The notes below the pieces were generated by a model. It had not been told where the DNA came from, did no database searches, and saw nothing but the letters and a program-made list of their open reading frames with translations. Of a stretch of 64,000 nt of DNA, positions 38,154 through 47,943 are shown piece by piece. The stretch's first letter is position 1. Every line of letters begins with the position of its first letter. This DNA comes from Candidatus Omnitrophota bacterium. GTDB lineage: Bacteria > Omnitrophota > Gorgyraeia > Aquiviventales > Aquiviventaceae. The stretch is taken from contig JAUYPJ010000037.1 of NCBI GenBank assembly GCA_030697665.1, forward strand, positions 28,089-92,088, read 5' to 3'. The position numbers and the translations under genes are program-made.

Positions 38154-40717
38154 CACGACGCGGTGGCCTCCACGTGTTCCCGTGGCAGGGGATGTGAATC
38201 GTGGCCAGCTCGGACCGCTCGGAATCGACCCAGCCTGGCGATCATGCGTGACCACATCTCATGGGGTTTTCCCTCCGCAGCGACAATGAGCAGTGGGAGC
38301 ACGAACGCCAACCGCAAGCGGAACAGCGTGCCCATGTTCGCCACCACCAGAGACAGCGGCACGGCGACCAGAAGAATCCATACCAGCAAGACATACGCCT
38401 CGACTCGGCGGGAGGCGACAAACCTCCGCGCACCGACCCACATCACAGGAAGCATCAAGTAGAGGAGCAACATCTCAAGGCCGGAGAACATCCGCATGAT
38501 GCCCGTGGAGCCGTGGGTGTCAAACCACTGCCACGGAAACGGCGCCAGCAGCCCAATCGCCAGCGCGCGCGGCAGGTACTGTAACAAGGATATCAGCCGA
38601 GAAATGACGGCGTGTGGATCCATGAGCGAATGGCCGCCAGTGGTCACAAAGCCTCCACGCCAACCGCCCAGAGCCGCCGGGGTCACCTCCTGAACGGTTG
38701 ACACCGCTTGCTCATCGAGTTGACGGAAGCTGTCCATAACCACTGTGTTCCGCCCCGCACCACCCGGTATGCTTGCGTCGGACTGAGACATTAAAAGGAG
38801 CGCTAGGTCCTGGAGGCGCTCGTCGGAAGCTTCTGAAACAAGGGCAGTGACGTGGGGAGCAGCCACTGTGATCTCCGGAAGCGGGCGCAGCGAGAGTTCA
38901 GCAGGAGCCCCTGCGCCCTCTGGCAGTCGGCCCGGGGCCATCGGCAACGTCTCTTCAGGCATCACGGTTGCCAGCTCAGGTGTTCTCTCTCCTCCGCGTG
39001 CCACGGTGAGGTACGCGTCAAGAGGGTTGGCAGAGGCTCCGACAACCAATGCTTCCTCGTACACGGTCTGCGCCTCCTCCCACTGTCCTGCATCGAGCAA
39101 CTTCTTGGTATGGGCTACTAAGAGGGTCACCAGCGTATGTCGGACCCGCTCAACCGCTTCAGAGTTCCCCCCGGCCATGACAAGCGCTTCTTTCACCCGC
39201 GCGATCGCGGCCTCAACCTGTCCTTGGCCTTCCAACGCCAGAGCCAGGCGCTCGTAGAGGAAGGCAGTGGGCGCTACCCACCGCAGCGCCTGTTCAAAGG
39301 CTCGCTGCGCCTCCACGAACTGCCGATGCTCCAGCAAGTGGTCGCCCTGGGCTGCAGAGAGGCGTCCCAGCATCTGCTGAACTCGATTCGTCTCCTGGGG
39401 TGTGGCGGCCGCCTCGAGCGCCTGCTGGGCCCTGGCCACAGCGTCCTCAACCTGCCCTTGGCCTTCCAGCGCTAAGGCAAGATGCTCGTAGAGGGCGCTG
39501 GCAGCAGCGCCCAGGGCCAGCGCCTCCTCGTAGGCCGCCTGCGCCTCGATAAAGTGGTTTTCCTCAAGCGCCACGTCACCTCGCGCGACGTGGAGCTGTC
39601 CCGCGAGGTGCCTTACTTCTGCTTGCCGACGCGCGTCATCTGGTACCTGTGCGAGGTACTCCTGGTAGACACGGGCGGCTTCGTCGAAGTGCTTCTCTTG
39701 AATGTGGACGGCCGCCAACGCGAAATAAGCGTTCCCGTTGGAGGCATCCTGTGCGAGTGTCTGGCGAAACTCTTCCGCTGCCCCAGCGAACTCGCCAGCT
39801 TTCCACGCCCGCATGCCTAACTGGAAGTGGCGTGGCGTAGGGTGGATTGAGCTCAGGAGGTGTGCCGTATCCAAGCCGCGAGCAAACAGCACGGACACCA
39901 CGACCATGGTCGCCAGGACCAGGTACTCCGCGCCGAGACTGAGACGCCGCTTCGCGACTGCGCTCGCGGCTGCCGGCAAGAAGACCACGAGCATCGTCAG
40001 CGCGAGGATCGATCCCAGATAGAACCGGAGCCGAGTCAACAACACGACCGAGCTCATCAGCGCAAGACACCAGGCGATAAGCCGCAGGATCCCAATCCGG
40101 CGCCGATCACGAACAGCGCCACACGCCTGCAAGACCAAGAGGAGAACCGCCAGCGTGAGGAACAGGCTCAAGGAATCCTTCAGGAGCTGGCTCGACCAGA
40201 TGAGCGTGGATGGCCAAAAGCTCACGAACAACCCGCTGACCACCGCCGGCCGCTCACCGGAGAGCCTCCGGCTGATCGCAAACGCCAACAGCCCGCTCAA
40301 GGTCCCCAGGAAGCAGTTCACAACCACAGCCAAGAGCGGATGGGACCCAAAGAAGGTGTAGATCGTCGCCACCACCACGAGATACTCGACCCCGAGCCCC
40401 GTGATGTAGGGCATGGGCGTACCGGCGAGCCACACCGACACGAGCGGCGATCCACAAAGGTGGTACACGCTCGCATCGGGCGCGAATTGCCAGAACCCCG
40501 GGATCTCTGCTTGCAACGGATGAAGAACGGGGAGGCGCCAGTACGAAATGGCAAAGAACACCACTGCCAGCACGACTCGCAGACCGTAGGAGACCAGCAG
40601 CAACCGACAGACCCGCGGGCCGGCCACCGGCATGGCCAATCGCCTGATGAGCCGTGCCCCGAACCAGCTCATGACCAGGAAGGTCAAGCAGATCTGCGGG
40701 GTGAACGGCGTGACCAT
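38153..40717 (-). CDS. Polytopic membrane protein (Wzy/GT-C-like) with an inserted TPR array
   Basis: N-terminal TMs (PDASVYH, WSSQLLKD), central TPRs, C-terminal TMs (PFPW, NMGTLFRLR). Confidence 0.6.
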   Translation of the reverse strand: MVTPFTPQICLTFLVMSWFGARLIRRLAMPVAGPRVCRLLLVSYGLRVVLAVVFFAISYWRLPVLHPLQAEIPGFWQFAPDASVYHLCGSPLVSVWLAGTPMPYITGLGVEYLVVVATIYTFFGSHPLLAVVVNCFLGTLSGLLAFAISRRLSGERPAVVSGLFVSFWPSTLIWSSQLLKDSLSLFLTLAVLLLVLQACGAVRDRRRIGILRLIAWCLALMSSVVLLTRLRFYLGSILALTMLVVFLPAAASAVAKRRLSLGAEYLVLATMVVVSVLFARGLDTAHLLSSIHPTPRHFQLGMRAWKAGEFAGAAEEFRQTLAQDASNGNAYFALAAVHIQEKHFDEAARVYQEYLAQVPDDARRQAEVRHLAGQLHVARGDVALEENHFIEAQAAYEEALALGAAASALYEHLALALEGQGQVEDAVARAQQALEAAATPQETNRVQQMLGRLSAAQGDHLLEHRQFVEAQRAFEQALRWVAPTAFLYERLALALEGQGQVEAAIARVKEALVMAGGNSEAVERVRHTLVTLLVAHTKKLLDAGQWEEAQTVYEEALVVGASANPLDAYLTVARGGERTPELATVMPEETLPMAPGRLPEGAGAPAELSLRPLPEITVAAPHVTALVSEASDERLQDLALLLMSQSDASIPGGAGRNTVVMDSFRQLDEQAVSTVQEVTPAALGGWRGGFVTTGGHSLMDPHAVISRLISLLQYLPRALAIGLLAPFPWQWFDTHGSTGIMRMFSGLEMLLLYLMLPVMWVGARRFVASRRVEAYVLLVWILLVAVPLSLVVANMGTLFRLRLAFVLPLLIVAAEGKPHEMWSRMIARLGRFRAVRAGHDSHPLPREHVEATAS

Positions 40718-40726
40718 CTGCGACGC

Positions 40727-41827
40727 TTACACTCCACGTCCCACCGGAGGACGTTTCCCAGCGTCCTGACGGAGGATGTTGACATACGAAGGAATATACC
40801 GCTGCATGGCAAACCGCTCTTCCACGGTCTTCCGGCCAGCCAACCCAAAGCGGGCCCGTAATGCGGGATCGGCCAGCAGGTGCCCGAGTGTGTCAACCCA
40901 CTCATCCTCGGACTGCGCCAGGAATCCGTTGACCCCGTTCTGGATGATCTCGCGGTTTCGTCCCACATTGGACACGACACAGGGCGTCCCAACCGCCATG
41001 TACTGCACCGTTTTAAACCCGGTCTTTCCATACACCCACGGCTCCACGGGTAAGGGGTAGACGCCGATATCCAGCTCCTGAAAATACGCCACGTCCTTTG
41101 TCAGCGTCCAAGGTTCCTGGATCACCTCCACCCCTGGAAGGCGAAACGGGCGCGCTGCGCCAACCACCTTGAAGGTGAACGCGAACCGCTTGGCCAAACG
41201 ACTCAAGACGGGTTTCAGGGGTTCGAGAAACGGGGCGGTGCTGTGGCTGCCGATCCATCCGATCAGGGGACGTGGCCGCGAAGGCCGGGTGGGAGGCGCG
41301 CGAAACTGCTCGATGTCCACACACGTGGGAATCATATAGACCTTCGGGTTGAACTGTTCAGCGTACTGGCGCAGGTAGTCGTTGCAGGTAATGACGCATC
41401 GACTCCAGCGCAGGATCGCCGGCAATTTTTGCGGCATGCGAAGCCACGCGGCGATGGGGTTCGCTGGGTTGTCCCGACGCAGAAAAATAGCATCGTCAAG
41501 GTCAAAGACCATGGGCACATCGCGGAGGGCGAAGAGCCACTCGATGACCGGGGGGCCGATTGGAAAGGCTTCAAGATGAATGAACACCGCATCGTATCGC
41601 CCGCTGCGGATGACGTCTCGCAGCCGTTTGAGGCTGCTGACGAGGAAGTGGCCGAGCTTCATTCCCCATCGCCCCTGTTGGTACACGATCCGGTAGAACC
41701 GTGGCGTCAGAAAGGGGCTCACGGTGCAGTGGATGCCCTGCAGCCGCAAATGCGGCAGGTACTGCAACACACGATACCGGCTACTCGCTCCCTCCGCGGG
41801 ATGCGGGGTCAGAAAGAGAACGCGCAT
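40727..41827 (-). CDS. GT4 glycosyltransferase
   Basis: ASSRYRV.QY, FDLDDAIF, IGWIGS, K.VQYMA.G.P. Confidence 0.9.
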   Translation of the reverse strand: MRVLFLTPHPAEGASSRYRVLQYLPHLRLQGIHCTVSPFLTPRFYRIVYQQGRWGMKLGHFLVSSLKRLRDVIRSGRYDAVFIHLEAFPIGPPVIEWLFALRDVPMVFDLDDAIFLRRDNPANPIAAWLRMPQKLPAILRWSRCVITCNDYLRQYAEQFNPKVYMIPTCVDIEQFRAPPTRPSRPRPLIGWIGSHSTAPFLEPLKPVLSRLAKRFAFTFKVVGAARPFRLPGVEVIQEPWTLTKDVAYFQELDIGVYPLPVEPWVYGKTGFKTVQYMAVGTPCVVSNVGRNREIIQNGVNGFLAQSEDEWVDTLGHLLADPALRARFGLAGRKTVEERFAMQRYIPSYVNILRQDAGKRPPVGRGV

Positions 41828-41842
41828 GATGCTGACGTCGTG

Positions 41843-42739
41843 TCACACCTGCTGCAACGTGCTGTGCGCCAGGTACCGCTGCACATAGGTCCGCAAGGCC
41901 TCCTGCCACGGCGGCATGTGATCCAACCCCAAGGATTGCAGTCGTTGGTTCGCCATGGCCTCCGAGGGCGCCCTGGGGGCCGGCAGCGGAAAGGCCTCCG
42001 AGGTGATCGGCCTGATGGTGACACCGGGCCGACCGAGGAACTCCACGAGTTTGCACGCAAACTCATAGCGGGAACACACTCCATGGTTCGTCATGTGAAA
42101 CACGCCGACATGGTCGGTCTCGATCAGCGTGGCAATCCCCCGCGCGAGGTCTTCAGTGAAGGTGGGGCTGCCGATCTTATCGGTCACGACCGACAGCGTG
42201 TTCCGGGTCTGCAGCAACTGTAGGATCTTCCCGGCGAATTTTTTATCCCGATCATGCCCGCCCACCATCCACCCGGCCCGCACGATCAGATGGGAGGGGA
42301 CGTGGTGCCGCACGGCGAACTCCCCGCTCAGCTTCGCCCGGCCATAGACATTCACCGGATCGGGTTGATCAGACTCCACATAGGGTGTGGGTTTCAGCCC
42401 GTTGAAGACCCCCGCGGTACTCACATAGAGCATCCGGATGCGGGATCGCCCGCAGGCGCTCGCGAGGTACTCGGTCCCAACCGCATTGGTGAGGTACGCA
42501 TGCGCGGGTTCCCGCTCGCATCGATCCACGTCCGTTTCTGCCGCAAGGTGCAGCAGGAACCTGGGACGCTCCGACGTGAGCACGGCATGGATGGCGCCTT
42601 CATCCCGCACGTCAAGCTGAATCGTGTCGGAGCTCCTTGGCTCCAGATCCGTCGGGATCACCTCATGGCCCCGCTGCCGCAGCTCGGGGCACAGGGCACT
42701 GCCCAACATCCCTTCCGCCCCGGTCACTAGGACCTTCAT
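41843..42739 (-). CDS. rfbD: dTDP-4-dehydrorhamnose reductase family
   Basis: VTGAEGMLG, AAETDVDRCE, PVNVYGRAK, GSPT, PAPR. Confidence 0.88.
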   Translation of the reverse strand: MKVLVTGAEGMLGSALCPELRQRGHEVIPTDLEPRSSDTIQLDVRDEGAIHAVLTSERPRFLLHLAAETDVDRCEREPAHAYLTNAVGTEYLASACGRSRIRMLYVSTAGVFNGLKPTPYVESDQPDPVNVYGRAKLSGEFAVRHHVPSHLIVRAGWMVGGHDRDKKFAGKILQLLQTRNTLSVVTDKIGSPTFTEDLARGIATLIETDHVGVFHMTNHGVCSRYEFACKLVEFLGRPGVTIRPITSEAFPLPAPRAPSEAMANQRLQSLGLDHMPPWQEALRTYVQRYLAHSTLQQV

Positions 42740-43971
42740 CCTTCCCCCTCCTTCGGTTCGTCAGATCCATTGAGGCAACGGTATAACTCAAGATACCTCC
42801 CCACCCCCATGCGGAGATCAAAGTGGCGCTCGGCCACCTGCCGGCATCGCCGTTGGCAGAGGGGGTCCTGAAGCAGTCGAGCGACGTCCTCAAACGTCGT
42901 CTCGAACGCCGACACGCTCACTTCTGACAACACCAGACCCACCCGCTCCCGGCGGATCAGCGCGCCAGCGTCCCCGATCCCTTCATTGATCACCACCGGC
43001 ACGCCGCTGGCGAGCAGCTCGCCGAGCTTGGCCGCCAACGAGCCCTGTTTGGAAAATCGCAGCTTCCTGAAGAACACCGCAAGATCCAGCAGGCGCAGGT
43101 AGGCCGGCATCTTTTCGAACGGGGCTTGAGTCAGCACGAGGCGATCGCGCGGTACACCGGCCGCTACGGCCTCTGCCGTCAGACGCGCATGGTCCTCCCT
43201 GGTCACTAACAGGACTTTGACGTTGGGGAGGCGCCCGCACACAAACGCCAGGTAGCGCAGGATCCAGTCCCGGAGATACCAGTTGCCGGTGTTGCCGACA
43301 CAGCCGACGACCGTGACGTGACGCAACCCAAGCTGCGCGAGCAGTTCGGGGTCCTTTGGGCCGGGGACAAACCGATCAAGGTCCACACAGGTCGGCACGA
43401 CGACGATTGGCCGATCCGACGGGATCCGATAGCCGAGCGTCGGAAACGCCGCGATGCCCTCCGCCGTCAACGAGACGACCGCATCGGCCTCCTCAAAGAA
43501 CCGACGCTCCCATCGTTTGGCCAACCGGTAGGCGAGCGAGCGGGTACTCCAATGTCCTGCATCCACTTTTTCATCAGCCCAGAACGCGCGCATATCGAAG
43601 ATGAACCGTGTCCCGCAGCACCGCTTGAGGCACACCGCAATGACGGAGGCCACATAGCCCCTGGCATGCACCACACGGACGCGATGCCGTCGGCAGAGGA
43701 TGATCCCCACCATGATCCCGCGTAAGACATCGTAGCCTGTCGCCAACAGCGATGGCCATTTGTGGTAGCGCAGCCATCGCCAGCGGATCGCCGCAGCCTG
43801 AAGCTCCCGCGTCAGGGGCGCGAGCCGCCCACGGTCTTTCAGATCTCGCCGCTTCTCATACGACAGCAGCGCAACCGTGTTGTGCTTCGCGATCTGGCGC
43901 AAATAGCTGAGGACCTGCGACTGGCCGAGCGGCTCCAACATTCCATCATAGGAGATATAGAGCAGCACCAT
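42736..43971 (-). CDS. GT4 glycosyltransferase
   Basis: PLGQSQVL.YL, FDMRAFWADE, KLGELLASGVPVV. Confidence 0.88.
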   Translation of the reverse strand: MVLLYISYDGMLEPLGQSQVLSYLRQIAKHNTVALLSYEKRRDLKDRGRLAPLTRELQAAAIRWRWLRYHKWPSLLATGYDVLRGIMVGIILCRRHRVRVVHARGYVASVIAVCLKRCCGTRFIFDMRAFWADEKVDAGHWSTRSLAYRLAKRWERRFFEEADAVVSLTAEGIAAFPTLGYRIPSDRPIVVVPTCVDLDRFVPGPKDPELLAQLGLRHVTVVGCVGNTGNWYLRDWILRYLAFVCGRLPNVKVLLVTREDHARLTAEAVAAGVPRDRLVLTQAPFEKMPAYLRLLDLAVFFRKLRFSKQGSLAAKLGELLASGVPVVINEGIGDAGALIRRERVGLVLSEVSVSAFETTFEDVARLLQDPLCQRRCRQVAERHFDLRMGVGRYLELYRCLNGSDEPKEGEG

Positions 43972-43980
43972 CGACCGACC

Positions 43981-45177
43981 TCACACCGCACGGGGCATGC
44001 GGGGCGAGGACCGGCCGATCCACGCCCCGAGGCGATGGGACAACAACCGTACCACGTACTTCTGCCGGCCGATCCGGTGGACCAGCTCCACAAGGAACCG
44101 ACGCACCGCCGGCACGAACATCGGTGACAGCGCCAGACACACGGGATACACCCACACCGTAGGGGACCGTGCCATCCGCCAGCCGCCGCGCAATGCAAAC
44201 CGGTACACCGGCAGGCTTTGGTAGCGTCGCTGAAGAATCCCCATCAGAGCCCCATGGCCCATCCACCAGTACACCCGGTGACGCAGATGAGCGGCCTCAA
44301 GCTGTGTCAGCGCCACGACCCGTTCCACCCGCTGCAGGAACGCCTCCAGCAAATCCAAGGCCTGCTGGACGCTCGCCTGGGATGGGCACGTGTCCCAAAA
44401 CCCCTCCTCCATCCGGAGGACCTGACTCAGCCGCTGGGCTGTTCCCTCAGCATCCAACGACGCCACCAAGGCGTGATGGGCCCGCCGCGCGTTCTCCTGC
44501 TGAACCGCGGCATGGGTTCGGCTCTGCTGCGCCTCATGGACACGTCTGATGATCAACGGCGTTCGGAGGACGACCGCGCTCCAGCGTATTCTCGCCATCG
44601 TGCACCAGAGCGCGTAGTCCTCGCAGAATTTGAAGGATTCATCATAACTGCCCGCAGCCAATGCGGCTGCCCGGCGGAACATCGCCGTCGGGTGGTCAAT
44701 CGGAGAGGCGTACGTAAGGACCGCGCCGAGGAACGAGCCGTAATCCTGGACCTGGCGCATGCCGACGACAGCGGTCTGCCGCCCATCCAACTCCATGTGA
44801 TACAGCCAGGATCCCACCAGCCCCACGTCGGCATGCCGGTCCAACACGGCGACCTGCTGCCGCAGTCGGTCGGGCAGGCACCGGTCATCCTGGTCAAGAC
44901 GGGCGAGGTACGGCGCGCGGGCCAAGACAAGACCCCGATTCAATGACCACACCTGCCCCATGTTACGCTCGTTGCGCACCAGCCGAATCCGGGGATCCGG
45001 ATAGCGCTGGATACAGGCCACCGACTCATCCGTGCTGGCGTCATCGATGATGAGCAGCTCAAAGTCGGTGAACGTCTGGGCGAGAACGCTCTCAATCGCC
45101 TCAGCGAGATACGGCATCCCGTTGTACACCGGCAACAGCACCGTCACGCGCGGATTCGAAGGCGCGTTGGTCGTCAT
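43981..45177 (-). CDS. GT2 glycosyltransferase
   Basis: VLLPVYN, IDDASTD, RLDQDD, CEDYALW. Confidence 0.9.
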   Translation of the reverse strand: MTTNAPSNPRVTVLLPVYNGMPYLAEAIESVLAQTFTDFELLIIDDASTDESVACIQRYPDPRIRLVRNERNMGQVWSLNRGLVLARAPYLARLDQDDRCLPDRLRQQVAVLDRHADVGLVGSWLYHMELDGRQTAVVGMRQVQDYGSFLGAVLTYASPIDHPTAMFRRAAALAAGSYDESFKFCEDYALWCTMARIRWSAVVLRTPLIIRRVHEAQQSRTHAAVQQENARRAHHALVASLDAEGTAQRLSQVLRMEEGFWDTCPSQASVQQALDLLEAFLQRVERVVALTQLEAAHLRHRVYWWMGHGALMGILQRRYQSLPVYRFALRGGWRMARSPTVWVYPVCLALSPMFVPAVRRFLVELVHRIGRQKYVVRLLSHRLGAWIGRSSPRMPRAV

Positions 45178-45290
45178 CCCACGCCCTGGCTGCCCCGCCT
45201 ATTGGCGGGGCGAAACGTCAATGAGAGAAACACGGGGCACCGTTTCGCGGCTCCGCCTTCAGGCGGAGCCCAGCTAGGGCGTGGGATCAT
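45174..45290 (-). mobile_element. Relay cassette copy 3; 38-aa mini-ORF MIPRPSWAPPEGGAAKRCPVFLSLTFRPANRRGSQGVG
   Basis: IR ATCCCACGCCCT(A/G)GCTG; ATGA at both ends; two internal GC hairpins. Confidence 0.75.
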
Positions 45291-46222
45291 CGAGTTGGCG
45301 TTGGCATCCGCGTAAAGTGCTCCAGGAGGTGTCGGACGGCTCGCCGCTCCATGGCAGCCCGTGAGGCGCGCGTCAGTGAGGCGACGTGCGGAGTACAGAG
45401 CACCTGGGGCAATCTTATCAACGGCCCCCTAGAGGGTTCCTGCTCACACACATCGAATGCGGCTGCCGCCAGATGCCCGGATCGGAGCGCCGCCTCGAGG
45501 GCCTGCTCATCAACGAGGTATCCCCGCGAGGTGTTGATGAGCCGACCGCCGGCCTTCATCTGCCCCAACTCTGCGCGGCCCATCAGCACACCTTCTTGTC
45601 GAGGACGGTTCGCGTGGAGCGACACCACATCAGCCTCAGCCAATAGTCGGGGTAGCGGACACCAGTGGGTCGTCTCCGGAACCTCGTGGGGTGCGACGAA
45701 TGGATCTGACACGAGGACGCGTGGCCCAAAAATCCGGAGATACCGTTCCACCGTCCTGCCGATCCGACCAAACCCTACCAGGCCCACCGTCCATTCAGCG
45801 AGCAGCCAGCCGGGACGCTTGACCCACGAGCCCTGTCGGCTGTCTGCGAGGTGTTGGGGCAGGTTCCTCGCCAAGGCCAGGATCATGGCCATGGTCATCT
45901 GTGCAACGGGCTCGGTCACTTCGTCAGGTGTCGTGTACACGGCAATACCTTTCCGGCGCGCCACATCGAGATCGATGGCGTCCATTCCCACGCCGCATCG
46001 GCTGATGCATTGCAGGTGGGGCAGCGCTTCGAGGACCGTGGCATCGTAGGGCTCTACACCCGCCACCACCGCGTCAGCGTCACGAAGTCCCTGGACGAGG
46101 TCCTCTGATGTTAAGCGGCGTCCCAGCTCGTTGACACGAACCTCCCAGCCGGCATCGAGCAAGAGCTGCTTCGGCGTCAGATCGAACTCGCAGAACTGCT
46201 GCAGCGCGACATACACGATCAT
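45287..46222 (-). CDS. D-isomer 2-hydroxyacid (SerA-like) dehydrogenase
   Basis: ISRCGVGMD, GLVGFGRIG, INTSRG, TPHVAS. Confidence 0.88.
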   Translation of the reverse strand: MIVYVALQQFCEFDLTPKQLLLDAGWEVRVNELGRRLTSEDLVQGLRDADAVVAGVEPYDATVLEALPHLQCISRCGVGMDAIDLDVARRKGIAVYTTPDEVTEPVAQMTMAMILALARNLPQHLADSRQGSWVKRPGWLLAEWTVGLVGFGRIGRTVERYLRIFGPRVLVSDPFVAPHEVPETTHWCPLPRLLAEADVVSLHANRPRQEGVLMGRAELGQMKAGGRLINTSRGYLVDEQALEAALRSGHLAAAAFDVCEQEPSRGPLIRLPQVLCTPHVASLTRASRAAMERRAVRHLLEHFTRMPTPTR

Positions 46223-46350
46223 CCCCCCACCTGCTGGTTGGCCGAAGGCCGGTCGCTGTCGCATTCGTCTTCCTGGGGCGACAGCGACCGCTTCGCCTTC
46301 GGCGTGATGTGACGAGCAGGACGGCGAAGCCCAGCAGGTGGGGGGATCAT
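46219..46350 (-). mobile_element. Relay cassette copy 4; 43-aa mini-ORF MIPPPAGLRRPARHITPKAKRSLSPQEDECDSDRPSANQQVGG
   Basis: IR ATCCCCCCACCTGCTGG / CCAGCAGGTGGGGGGAT; ATGA at both ends. Confidence 0.75.
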
Positions 46351-47132
46351 GGGCGCAGGATCTCACTCAAGACCGCTTGTTGGAGGGGATCATCTTCAAG
46401 ATACCGGTTGACCACCGCCACTTCACGCGGCTCGTTGATGGCAGGATAGCCCCTGCTGAACTCGACCGCCCGCAGCAGGATGTCATGCTCCAGGATGCGG
46501 GATTGATCGATTCCCTCGGCCACTTCAAGTGGGGTGCGCGGCAGGACCGTATACTGCTCTAAGAACGCCCGGGTATAGCCGAGGATCCCCACGATACTCC
46601 GAAGCGGCTCATACCCCGGACCCAGCTTCGGCGCCAAGGACGACCAGTCGCGGAAACAGCAGAGGACCTGTCCGGACGCAGAGACGGCGCACTTGACGAT
46701 GGAGGGGTCACTGAGTTCACTCGCCTGCTCGATCATTGTGACTGCGTTCCAGGCCGGTACCGCAGGCTCTGCCTCAATGGCACGAACCATCCGTTCCAAG
46801 TCGCTTGCCAGCACTAAGATCTCGTCACCCTGGACGTTGACCACATGGGTGCAGTCCAACTGACGGGCCGCCTCAGCCACGCGATCGGTCGCGGCCGGAT
46901 GCGCAGGCGACGTCATCACGCACCGCCCGTCGAACCGCTCAACGACTTCTTGGATTTCGCGGTCGCATGTGGCCACGACGACGTCGGAAAACCGCTTGCA
47001 CAGCAGGACGCGTCGGCGGATATGCTCGACCATCGGCAACCCCTGAATGGATAGGAGCGGCTTTCCGGGGAACCGGCTTGAGGCCATGCGGGCCGGGATC
47101 ACAGCGGCCACACGTACCGCAGCAGGAGCCAT
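46347..47132 (-). CDS. KdsB-family (CMP-ulosonate) cytidylyltransferase
   Basis: IPARMASSRFPGKPL, TDRVAEA, NVQGDE. Confidence 0.88.
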   Translation of the reverse strand: MAPAAVRVAAVIPARMASSRFPGKPLLSIQGLPMVEHIRRRVLLCKRFSDVVVATCDREIQEVVERFDGRCVMTSPAHPAATDRVAEAARQLDCTHVVNVQGDEILVLASDLERMVRAIEAEPAVPAWNAVTMIEQASELSDPSIVKCAVSASGQVLCCFRDWSSLAPKLGPGYEPLRSIVGILGYTRAFLEQYTVLPRTPLEVAEGIDQSRILEHDILLRAVEFSRGYPAINEPREVAVVNRYLEDDPLQQAVLSEILRP

Positions 47133-47169
47133 CAGCCCGCGCTCGCCATCAACGGACGCACCCGCATGC

Positions 47170-47928
47170 TCATGGTCGTTTCCGGAGCACCACGAGATCC
47201 TGACATCCTTCCGGGTAAGCCTCAATGGCGCCTTCCACATATTCCACCAACTCCAGTCCAGACTCACGTGGCCAGACCTCCAGGATGTACTCCTTGCGAA
47301 TCACGGTAGAGCCGTATTCCGGTGTCGCCGGATCGTCAACGACATAGAGATAGTCGCGTCCGGCACGGATGAACGCCTCGACGGGCTCCTTGAGCTGATA
47401 CTTCAAGAGGCTCTCAGGGCTGAAGCGCGCGGTTCGCCGCAGGTACTCGTATGAATGCACGGTGTGCAGCATGAGGCCGCCTGGTTTCAGCGTCCGCGCA
47501 AGTTCTCCGAGCCACGCCTTGTGATTCGACTCGGATAAATGCGTGAACACGCTGTAGGAATACAGCAGGTCGAACGCGGCGTCCTCCACGTCCATGGGCG
47601 GAGTCGCGTGATTCACCGTGAAGCGTCCTTGCGGAACCTTGCGCCGGCAGACCTCAACCGCTTCGCGGCGGACGTCGCATCCGAAGATGGAGGCCAGCGG
47701 CGACAACTCGAACAGATATTGAGTCAACCGGCCTTCCCCGCAGCCGAACTCGCAAAGAGCGGAAGACGTCTGAAAGGACCGGCCATGCCGATTCAGCACC
47801 GCCTCGAATCGCTGAAGCTGGTTGAGGTTGTAGCGGCGTTCCAGGTCGGCCGCGAGCCCGCCGTTGTGCCGGCGAACCCACGTCTTCACGCGACGAACCG
47901 GAGGCCGTAGCAGGTCAAGCGCCAGCAT
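47170..47928 (-). CDS. Class I SAM-dependent methyltransferase
   Basis: EFGCGEGR, FDLLYSYSVFTHL, LKPGG. Confidence 0.88.
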   Translation of the reverse strand: MLALDLLRPPVRRVKTWVRRHNGGLAADLERRYNLNQLQRFEAVLNRHGRSFQTSSALCEFGCGEGRLTQYLFELSPLASIFGCDVRREAVEVCRRKVPQGRFTVNHATPPMDVEDAAFDLLYSYSVFTHLSESNHKAWLGELARTLKPGGLMLHTVHSYEYLRRTARFSPESLLKYQLKEPVEAFIRAGRDYLYVVDDPATPEYGSTVIRKEYILEVWPRESGLELVEYVEGAIEAYPEGCQDLVVLRKRP

Positions 47929-47943
47929 CCCTTCCTCGCAGGG

